A stretch of 20,000 nt of DNA from Rozella allomycis CSF55 (GCA_000442015.1 KE560678.1:49145-69144); one strand, 5' to 3'; shown: positions 8,823-18,336, counted from the first letter of the stretch. Translations and numbers: made by a program. The notes: generated from the letters alone by a model not told the origin.

Positions 8823-10010
8823 ATGGCAGCAACAGAGGAAAGGTTAGCATTCATCGCCGAGTGGTTTGATAAAAGTGCTGATTTAACAAGAGTTTTTCAT
8901 TTTCTCTATTTTCCAACAGATCAGTCCATTGAACTCGTAAGTATAGTTCCAACAAATGTTAGGTGGACGACAAGACAAAGAAAATATTCTTAAAGAGAGC
9001 GCCATATCCAAACATCACTATCGATCAGGTATATCTGGGCGCTACAATCACCGTCTATTCAAGACCAATGACTTTGGTAAATTTTGGAGACGAACGGACG
9101 AGGAAAGTGTTCAAAACAGAATCATTGCAGTATAAAATATCTATATTATTGACAATTAGTGAATTCTTGGTGATAGCCGCATCCAAAGATAATAAGAAAT
9201 GTTTGGATGAAATTTACTCAATATGTCACACTAACAATACCCAAATCATTTCCATAGATCTAGTCAGCGCGTACATTCTCCCACAAAATTTGAGAGAAAA
9301 ATTGCCTAGAGGAAATGTCATAGTAGCTAAATTAAAAGGGGATCCAAGAAATGTTTGTGAGAATGCAAACATAGTACTGCCAGACAGAGAACAATGTGAA
9401 AAAGTAATTCCTATTTATCTTATTTAAATGATAATTAATGAACTTGCTTCAGCAAATTTTGATCTTCACGAGAATGCAAGTTTGTGCATCATCAAACCGC
9501 ATTCCATGATTCAAGGTATTCATATACGTTGATTAAAATATGGTCGGTGCCATGAAATAATTAAGGAAATCTCCGATGATTTCAATATATTGGCTATAAA
9601 AACTGTTCGATTGACTTTAGCAGAGGCCGAAGAATTTATGGAAGTTTATCAAAATGTTCTTCCTGAATATCATGTAAAAATTATGAAATTGCTTTAGTAG
9701 CTTTTAATAAACGAGCTCATCGCTGGAAATTGTGTGGCAATGTAGGTTTCTAGTCTGCAATTAATATAGTCAAGCACGTCCGTTAAATGGTGCTAATGCA
9801 GTGACATCATTACGAGAATATGCTGGTCCTTATGACCCTGAAATCGCCAAGCTAATAAAACCAGATTCTCTACGCGCTAGATTTGGAAACGATAAAATTC
9901 AAAACGCAATTCATTGTACAGACTTGATTGATGATGCCCCGCTTGAGGTAAGTTGATGCGTCGAGTATTTATAGATTCAATATATATTTCAAATAATAAA
10001 GGCCCAATAA
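8823..10010 (+). CDS. NME7: Nucleoside diphosphate kinase 7 (DM10 domain, degenerate NDK-A, NDK-B); axonemal/centrosomal protein, 8 exons
   Basis: DM10: ERLAFIAEWFD..FHFLYFPTDQSIEL|VDDKTKKIFLKR..VYLGATITVYSR. NDK-B: SLCIIKPH, AEEFMEVY, LREYAGPYDPEIAKLIKPDSLRARFG..IQNAIHCTDL..APLEIQYIF. Introns 8937-8962, 9130-9159 (in-frame, stop-free), 9404-9430 (GT-TG), 9516-9542 (GT-TG), 9674-9700, 9742-9769, 9948-9974. Confidence 0.9.
9404..9430 (+). other. Putative 27-nt GT-TG intron (NME7 intron 3)
   Basis: gtaattcctatttatcttatttaaatg. Removes an in-frame TAA. The first downstream AG (9451-9452) is out of frame. Confidence 0.55.
9516..9542 (+). other. Putative 27-nt GT-TG intron (NME7 intron 4)
   Basis: gtattcatatacgttgattaaaatatg. 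Removes an in-frame TGA and restores KPHSMIQGRCHEII. The next AG (9564-9565) is out of frame. Confidence 0.7.
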
Positions 10011-10022
10011 TCTGTGTATTTT

Positions 10023-11411
10023 TTATTTAAATAATGATTTTGTTGATCCTGATAGCTTTCGATTCAATCTATCCCAATGAAACGTGCAATTTTCAAAACT
10101 TAATTCTTCTAAACATGAAATGGAAAGTTCAAAAATATCACGATCATCTTGTGAAGCGAATTTCGCAGATTTTAACAAGTTTCTCTGAATCAGTACTACC
10201 TTTTTGAGTCTTTCTTTGTCAACATAATCTTTTTCTTTGTGGATGAAATCATTAACACTTGACTTGACAATGTAAATAACTCAAATTACTTGTATATCGC
10301 CGACCGTAGCTTGAATAGTTCCTTTAATTCGGTCACTCCTTTGTTTTAAGTTATTTTTAATGTTAATCCAGTCCCACACCTGCATGCTTTCGTTTTTCTT
10401 CAATTGGATATCCAGTAAACTTGGAATTTGTTCCAAGGGTGTTAGTTGTAATTGCTTTGAGCGATTGATGAGAGAATATATATCATCGATATCAGGATAT
10501 TCCATCAAAATCTTTATTCCATCAATCCCTTGTTCCAAAACTATTAGTCAAAAAGCAATACCTTACGCCTTTCCTTGACGTTAAATAACATCGTTAGACA
10601 AATGTACGGAAGAATTTCAAAATTTGATACAAAAATTTCATTCCATAAAGGAATAATCTGATCTAATCGAAACTCCCTCGAAAAAAGTAACCTAATCCAA
10701 CGACAATTGCAATAACAAAACCAATCTTACATGAAGTAAACGCTAGGATCTAATTTTAGTGTTTCATGAATGTATTCATAATATTCTTCATCTATTTTTC
10801 GTAACAGGTGCTCATGCACTTTTTCTGACAACGTTGATAATCCTGCCCCCTTTAATCAATTTTGAGAATCAAACATTACAAAATAGAATATCTTGACTTT
10901 TTCTATTAATTTCTCATAAATCTTATAAACATTATATGTGGAGGGATAGTTTGTTTGTTCTGAAAGCCAAAAGACCACCGCAAGTAGTTCATGCATTCCC
11001 TGGCGGTATTCAGTTCCCGTTAGTTTGTAATAACAGTAAAGTAATTTGGTCAATGATTCAGCAACTCTTCTATCTCTAAAATAGGGATTGTCAGGAAAAC
11101 TTGTATTATATTGCAGTTTTAAACATACATTCTGTCAACGTCCTTTTCAATTAGTTTTACAGTTTCTTCTTCCTTAAAATGTAAAGACCACGAACTCTTT
11201 GACATAAAATTAATTATTCTACTCCCTTCTTTAATGATAATGGATGATCTTGCTCCGTGTTTTCTTCTAATTTAATTTGTGAACTGATTTGAGTGAAAAA
11301 AACATTTTCTGGATCCTCAATAAGAATGTAATTGAAAATTTTCTGTTATAAAAGTGAGAACAATATTCTTACTGCCCAACCTTCAAAATAGCCTTGATAA
11401 AAAGTGGACAT
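10023..11411 (-). CDS. TBC1D5: TBC-domain Rab GTPase-activating protein, TBC1D5-like, 8 exons
   Basis: DHPLS...SSWSLHF, catalytic IEKDVDRIFP and YRQGMHELLA, YFIRWIRLLFSREF, LMEYP. Minus-strand introns 11372-11343, 11222-11197, 11128-11100, 10879-10850, 10730-10704 (GT-TG), 10566-10541, 10289-10263. The start codon is less certain. Confidence 0.82.
10704..10730 (-). other. Putative 27-nt GT-TG intron (TBC gene intron 5)
   Basis: Minus strand gtaagattggttttgttattgcaattg. Splicing gives AT|T CGT TGG ATT AGG = IRWIRLLFSREF, the conserved TBC1D5-family motif. Confidence 0.72.
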
Positions 11412-11474
11412 GAAATTTGATAAATAGGAAATTGGAGACTGAATCACCTATGAAAAAAGAATTGACATTTGTAA

Positions 11475-12768
11475 CTATTTTAATTTATTTGCTAGATTAT
11501 TTGGAGTCCATGGGCCCAACGAATCTTTGGCATAAAAGTCCATAGGGTAAACTGACTGCCATTCTATTTGATCCAAACATACATTCATTTCAAACGGAGT
11601 TAATAATGGCTTAGGATACGAATATCCCCAGTCAATCGATAATCTGGGACATGCGACTTGAACAAAAGTGTCAATGTCTTTAAATTGGGTGATTTTGCTG
11701 GCAAAAATTTCAGACATTAATATTCTGGTATATTTCTTTCCACAATCTTTTAACTTTTTCTCGATCGTTTCTAGGACCCTCGGATTACCTTGGCGTCCTA
11801 AAGTGCCCAAGATCAAACCCACAGACTTTGCCTGCCTCGCCTTAGTTATGGCTTCTTTTCTTAGTTTATGCATTTCCTCAATTTCATAATATTCTCTTGT
11901 CATTGTTTTCCCGTAGGGATCGTATTTGTATGCACACTTGGATGGATTGGCAATCATAATTGCCTCAAGATGGAACCTACCATCCCCCAGATATACAATA
12001 GCGTCAGTATCTTTGTCTAGCTTTGGTGCTGTGCAACCAAGAATTTCTCCTGGTGAAAGTGGTTTAATTTGCGGAATAAATATTTTTGGAAAGTCACTTA
12101 AAGCATTCTTTGCTGCATGAAGCGAAGTTAAAAACTGCACAGTGGACACAAAACAAATCTTTTGATCTGGATGAAAAAATGTCCTAATATGTTCGACAAA
12201 ATGTGAAATGTCAAACTTAATATCTACGAAAACGTACATAGTTTTTATCTTTGTAACATCAATAGGAACTATTTAAATTTTAATGTAAAGAAATACCTAA
12301 ACATGAGTGCCCATAATGAACCATAAAGTCACATCCTAAAGCAGTTGCTGTAAAATCATCAATGCAACAAGCACCATATGTGACATCACCCATAATAACA
12401 GTTTCCACTTGAGCAAATCTTAATCATTGTTTCATTGAATATGTACTTTTCCAATATATCAGATATTATGCAGGCATACATTAATAATCCTTCAGGAAAC
12501 TGAAGTGCCACTCTTTTAGACTGATTCTTTTTGCACATCCATATAGTTTTATGAATTTCAAAATTATAGTTTTTTGGCATCTATATTTTATTAAAGAATC
12601 TCAATCTCTTACCTGGGCGATCCAGTCATTCAGCTCTTTGTTTTCCAGAATGTCATCTGGAATCTGATTGAGTTTTCTAAAAGTTTTAACATTTCCTAAT
12701 ATTTAGATAATAATAAGAATACTTTTTGGATCATTCTTTTTCTGAACCAGAGCTGTTTCCTCCAACAT
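11475..12768 (-). CDS. DPH1: Diphthamide biosynthesis protein 1, 5 exons
   Basis: [107 protein letters not shown] introns 12722-12696, 12612-12581, 12446-12419, 12296-12269. Confidence 0.96.
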
Positions 12769-12903
12769 TTGTCAACTTAGCCACTAAAACTTTTCGAATT
12801 CAATTTGATGGCAATGATATATTTATATGAGAATGAAAATAATTAATAAAATTCGTATATGCATTACTTGTGAAAAGCGAATCCTGAAATTTACAATTTT
12901 TCA

Positions 12904-13596
12904 ATGAATGCTACCCTGCTTCAACAAGCGTGGTTCTTTTGCCACTCCACGTTCATCTCACTATATGTTGTCTCCTTAATATCCCCTGTTTTTGGATTAA
13001 GTAGCCAGTCTATGCAACTATTTGCTACTCTTTTTGCAACATTAGGATATATGATAGTACTGTACCAAACACATATGGTAACACCTTTTAACAAGACAAC
13101 AATAATGAAGAATGAAAACACACTATATTTTATCCTTCTTTTGAATATGTTAATGACAAGAACTAATTTCGGTAGCATAGTTTTTCCATTAATGGTTTAT
13201 TCAATATTTCACATTGCAGGATATCTTATTAGCGGTCCATACGCTATCAGTATGAATATGAAATCTCGCCTTCAAAATTTGGTCAGTATCCAGAGCCCAA
13301 TAATAATAATGGCTGCAAAACTAGAGGTCGTTTCAATTGCCTCCTTACTTGTGACATATCTTAGTGGCAAGACTCCATTGTATTTTTTCATCTTTTACGT
13401 GTGGTTTATCATTAACAGATACTTTTCGTCTGCAATAATGAAGACTGCATTCTCAGAGTTTCGAGTGGGTGCCAATCAAATAGCTTGCAGTTCGAAATGC
13501 CCAAAAATATTATCGAATCTAATACAATCTGGAATCAACGCTTTATCTCGATTTGGAACAACTTTGACGCATGTATCTGCAAACAAAAGTCAATGA
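12904..13596 (+). CDS. TMEM33: TMEM33/Pom33/Per33 family ER/nuclear-envelope membrane protein
   Basis: Multi-pass hydrophobic protein with AWFFCH, NENTLYF, PLMVYSIFHIAGY, FIINRY..S, and KCPKIL near the C-terminus. Confidence 0.8.
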   Translation: MNATLLQQAWFFCHSTFISLYVVSLISPVFGLSSQSMQLFATLFATLGYMIVLYQTHMVTPFNKTTIMKNENTLYFILLLNMLMTRTNFGSIVFPLMVYSIFHIAGYLISGPYAISMNMKSRLQNLVSIQSPIIIMAAKLEVVSIASLLVTYLSGKTPLYFFIFYVWFIINRYFSSAIMKTAFSEFRVGANQIACSSKCPKILSNLIQSGINALSRFGTTLTHVSANKSQ

Positions 13597-13700
13597 ACAA
13601 TAATAAATAAGTATAACTTTCAACTTGTCACACTTTCATTTTTATATTGCTTTATGACAGATCCATAAGAAGAAATTACCCAAAAGAAATTTCCAGAATA

Positions 13701-15429
13701 ATGAAACTCGACGCTTGTTTGGCTGCATTAACTGTTTTATCTTCGATCAATGTAATTGTATATGTTTAAATAAGAAAGGCTGAGGCGTTATTTGTTGAAA
13801 AGTTTGAATCAAAAAGCTTGTTGGGAGACAAATGGGTACCATCAGAAGCAAAGAAAGATTCCGGTGATGTTTTGGCGTATGATGGTCAATGGGAAATAGA
13901 GGAGGCTTCTGTGTTGAAAGCATTTGACGATGATTTTGGGCTTGTTGTAAAATCTCCAGCCAGACTTCATGGTATAACAAGAAAGTTTGACAAAGCTATC
14001 CAAATTGAAGATGAAAAGCCTTTCGTTGTTCAATATGAAGTGAAATTACAAAAAAGTCTTGAATGTGGAGGGGCTTATTTGAAACTGTTGACTGCAGGAG
14101 AAGAAGAATTCAATCCTACTCAGTTCCATGACAAAACACCTTATACAATAATGTTTGGACCTGACAAGTGCGGTTCTTCTAATAAAGTAATGAGACTAAA
14201 AAGAATTGAAAGGTTCATTTTATTTTTCGTCACAAGAACCCTGTGACTGGCCAAATTGAAGAAAAGGCTCTAAATAATCCACCGACTGCTAAAATCACAG
14301 AAAAATCTGTTCTTTATACTTTAATTGTTAAACCTGACAATAAATTTGAAATTCGCATTGACAGTGAAAAAGTTAGGGAAGGGTCTCTCCTTGAAGACTT
14401 TACACCATCAGTGATACCACCTAAAGAGATTGAAGACCCTAATGACACAAAGCCAGAAGATTGGGATGAAAGAGAAAAGTAAGTTTGACAGCAAGTCTAT
14501 TTTTAGAATTCCAGATGAAAGTGCAGTGAAACCAGAAGACTGGGATGAAGAAGCACCAAAGGAAATTGAAGATATTAATGATACAAAGCCTTCAGATTGG
14601 CTTGACGATGAACCTTTATTGATTCCTGATGTCGATGCAGCAAAGCCCGATGATTGGAATGAAGAAGAAGATGGAAAATGGGAGGCTCCATTAGTTGAAA
14701 ATCCTAAATGTAATTCTGGAAAATGTGGCGTTTGGCAACGAAGAAAAATCTCAAACCCTAATTACAGGGGTAAATGGAAAAGACCCTTGATAAGCAATCC
14801 AAATTACAAAGGAAAATGGTCACCAAAGAAAATACCAAATCCTGAATATTTTGAAGACGATAAAATATATAAATTCACCCCAATGGTAACATTCATGCAT
14901 GTAATTGAAATAGACTGCTGTTGGTTTTGAACTTTGGACCATGCAGAATGATATTCTATTTGACAACATTTTCATTTCAGATTCAATTCAAGATGCAGAA
15001 AAATTTTCTGACGAAACTTTTAAATTGAAATCTAAAGAAGAAGCTTTGAAAGAACCAAAGGAAGAAGAATCAACTGTGGAAGATAAACAAGAAAGTTCGT
15101 TTGAAGATTCTTCTTCATTTGGACCTTACCTGGATGCTTTAAAGAACATCGATATCTCTAAAATTGTTGAATTGTTGAAAACTGAGCCAATGACGTTTAT
15201 TCCATTCTTTGCTGCAGTTTTCTTTCCAATTCTTATTGTTTATTTCGTAAAATGGGCCATTTCAAACCCAGTTTCAGATTCAAAAGAGAAAATAGAAAGT
15301 GACGATGGATTTCAAGAAGAACAAAATGATGAAGTTGAAACAAACGAAATTAAAACTCAAGAAGAAAAGGAAGACAATTCTCTCAATCAAGTTAACGCCC
15401 AATCTGATGAATCAACTGATAATGAATAA
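13701..15429 (+). CDS. CANX: Calnexin, 5 exons
   Basis: Signal peptide [54 protein letters not shown]-domain repeats KPEDWDE and GKWxxPxIxNPxY, [16 protein letters not shown], one TM helix and an acidic tail. GT-AG introns 13752-13778, 14187-14212, 14479-14506, 14886-14913. Confidence 0.96.
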
Positions 15430-15516
15430 AATATTTAATTTGCTTAAAGTATTCAACTTTGATGGAACCTTCACTCTAAGCCTATCACACTTGTAATTTC
15501 AAAATCATAAATTTAT

Positions 15517-16103
15517 TTACAAAACTTTTTGCGATTCTCTTTGCTCAAGATCATGATATGCCAACACAAAATTACTGAACTCTAAAAGAATGTTCGCCGC
15601 CCCATCTTCCTCTTTCGAAAAATCTCCGACTGATGACGGTGGACTCAATGGAATTGGTATTTGGTGACTCTTGATATGTTCTTTCAAATTGTCCGACCTC
15701 GAAAACGCCTTGAAACATTCTTTGCATTCAAATGGCTTTTCCCCAGAATGGATTCGTAAATGTCGCTTCAAATGTCCAGATCTCGAAAATACTCTATGAC
15801 AATCAGGCTCTGAACACGCAAAAACACGCTTAACTGGTATGGTTGAATCTGGCTGTTTCTGTTTTCTAAAATGTGTTCGGATATGTCTCTTTAATTCATC
15901 TGACCTAGAAAATCTCTTCTGACATTCTTCATATTCGCAAACGTACGGTTTCTCACCTAGTTTAGATTATACCCCACACTCCTACCTGTGTGCACTCGGA
16001 TGTGTCTTGTTAAATGTTCCAAGCGGTTAAAAGCTTTTCCACATCCTTCGTAACTGCATAAATATGGTCGAGATGGTTTTGCTCGCTTCGTTTCTTCGCA
16101 CAT
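15517..16103 (-). CDS. C2H2 zinc-finger transcription factor with four fingers; first pair CreA/Mig1-like; exons 16103-15986 and 15956-15517
   Basis: [57 protein letters not shown] ... [57 protein letters not shown] intron 15985-15957 (29 nt) lies in the TGEKP linker. Confidence 0.88.
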
Positions 16104-16485
16104 CGGTTACCTCTTATCGGGTGGCTGTTACCCCATGAGGATATCGCCCCAAGTCCTCGTGATTTTGGGCGATAACGAATTTCTAAAATTTCTTTGTATT
16201 GCTATCACCTTGTTAAGATACATTTCTCTTTCTTTATCTCTATCTCTTCATAATTCCTCGTTATTACGAGTAAAGCAATTTCAGGTTTTGTTTTGGCTAA
16301 GGGTACCGTCACCAAGTCGTTGGAAAGTTCTAGATTCCACTTTACATCCCGAAAGCTATATAATTAAATCAATTAGATTACTTAAAATTTATTATTTTTG
16401 CACGATATGCACGATACGCCGAATATAACAATAGATCATTTCTAGTCAATTTATTAATGACCGAAATCTTGTTTATTAAAAAAGG

Positions 16486-16550
16486 TATTTGAATGAGTTT
16501 CCTGATCATGCTGAAAGNTATTCGAATGAGTTTCCTGATCATGCTGAAAG
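16486..16550. repeat. 32-bp direct repeat (1 mismatch) flanking a single N; probable scaffold-join artefact
   Basis: tatt(t/c)gaatgagtttcctgatcatgctgaaag at 16486-16517 and 16519-16550, separated only by N at 16518. Confidence 0.85.
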
Positions 16551-16791
16551 TTGAAGGATGCAAACAGCGTCGAATTTTAGTCACCCTTTTCAAGAGGCAA
16601 CTATGAATACCAATGCGAACCTTTAAAGGCGTTAAAGATTGAATGCAAAACAACTGCGAGAATTCATTCATTATGGCCAGAAAGGCCGGAATGTGAATTA
16701 GGAGTTCCAAGAATTGGTTAAAATTACTAAATAAAGTTGTTTAGTGATAAAATGTTTCTATTAATTTGGCTTTCTAAATTAGGCAGCACGC

Positions 16792-18336
16792 ATGCGTCTA
16801 TTCGTCTTCCTCTCAATTATAAAAGGTATGTTTGCAGGCAGTTTGGTTATATTAGTGCTGTCTTCTAATCCAATTAATGTCATTTTGATGATTTCCGACG
16901 GTTTCGGACCGTCGAGTGAAACATTTGGAAGAACAATTTACCAGTTTAAAAATAACCTTCCTTTTGATCATCCGACGCCACTAGATGAAATTCTAGTGGG
17001 AACTTCGAGAACAAGATCTAGTTCTTCCCTTGTTACAGACTCTGCTGCTGGGGCTACTGCTTTTTCATGTGGATTGAAATCATATAATGGTGCCATTGGA
17101 GGTAAAAATACACGCAAAGTTTTTCAGTTAATCCAAATAAGAAACCTTGCGGTACTATTTTCGAAGCTGCAAAAGCAAAGGGGCTTAAAACAGGCCTTGT
17201 AGCAACTTCCAGGATCACCCATGCGACCCCAGCATCTTTTAGCGCGCATGTAGTTCACCGCGATATGGAAAACTTGATAGCAGAATATCAAGTAGGAGAT
17301 TATATTTTGGGTCCCCAAATTGACTTAATGTTTGGCGGTGGACGTTGCCATTTCGTGTCCAACATAACCTTTTCTAGTTGTCGAAATGATGATAGAAACT
17401 TGCTTAAAGAGGCATCTGATAAAGGTTACCATGTTATCAATAACAAGTATCAAATGATGACAAGTAAATTGTTAAAGTATGTTTTGTTATAAGCAAGTCA
17501 ATTACCTGTTATTGGACTCTTCAATAATGATCATATGTCTTTTGAAATCGATAGAATACCTGATCAAGAACCTTCGCTAAGTGAAATGACTAAAAAGGCG
17601 TTAGATCTACTCGCGGTTGATTCTGAAAATGGATTTATTTTAATGGTTGAAGGGAGTAGAATCGGTAGCACATGTTTTGCCCTCTTATTAGATATGGCGG
17701 CTCACAATAACGATCCAGTAGGCCACGCATCCGACATTTTAGAGTATTACGAGACAGTGAAACTGGCGAAAATCTTTGTCGAAAACCATCCAAGCACTTT
17801 ACTTATATCAGTATATGTCTTATTTTCTTCATTACAAGGTATCCGATCATGAAACTGGTGGGTTGTCTTTGGCCAAGCAATTAGACCCAGACAAGTACCC
17901 CATTTACAAATGGCTACCGAAACCAATTCTTAAAGCTAAAAACTCAATAGAATATCTTGCCTTAAGATTAGTACTTTTAAAAAATGAAAACTTTGACGAT
18001 TTATTTGAATACATTGACAAAATTATCCTACGCCATGGATTAATGATAGATGAACCACTGCTTAATGACATAAATCAAATAGTCTCTGCTACAAGAACAG
18101 GAAATGTATATAAGATTATGGCAGAGTTGTCTAAAATAATAAGTACATCTGCCCAGATTGGCTGGTCTACCCATGGACACAGTGCCGTGGATGTAAATTT
18201 GTACGCAACTGGATATGAATCGCACAAATTGAAGGGTAACATTGAAAATACAGCGATCGGGAACTTTATTGCAGACTTGTTAAATTTGGATCTTCAAAAT
18301 ATAACAAGTATATTAAATAAGCATGATACAGTGTAA
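16792..18336 (+). CDS. PHO8: Alkaline phosphatase (Pho8/PhoA family), probably 6 exons
   Basis: NVILMISDGFG, VTDSAAGATAF (catalytic Ser), TSRITHATPASF, MFGGG, MVEGSRIDMAAHNND, SDHETGG, THGHSAVDV. GT-AG introns 16826-16855 (in-frame, tentative), 17102-17127, 17464-17493, 17665-17691, 17811-17838. Confidence 0.93.

Noticed and set aside
14420-14860. Repeated KPxDWD/GxWxxP sequence units
   Set aside because: Normal calnexin P-domain repeats.
16486-16550. 32-bp direct repeat as a biological tandem duplication or target-site duplication
   Set aside because: The copies abut a single N and differ by one base, typical of overlapping contig ends at a scaffold join (possibly a heterozygous SNP).
16135-16710. 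ORFs 16135-16428 (+) and 16378-16710 (-)
   Set aside because: Low-complexity translations with no motifs; one spans the N and the duplicated segment.
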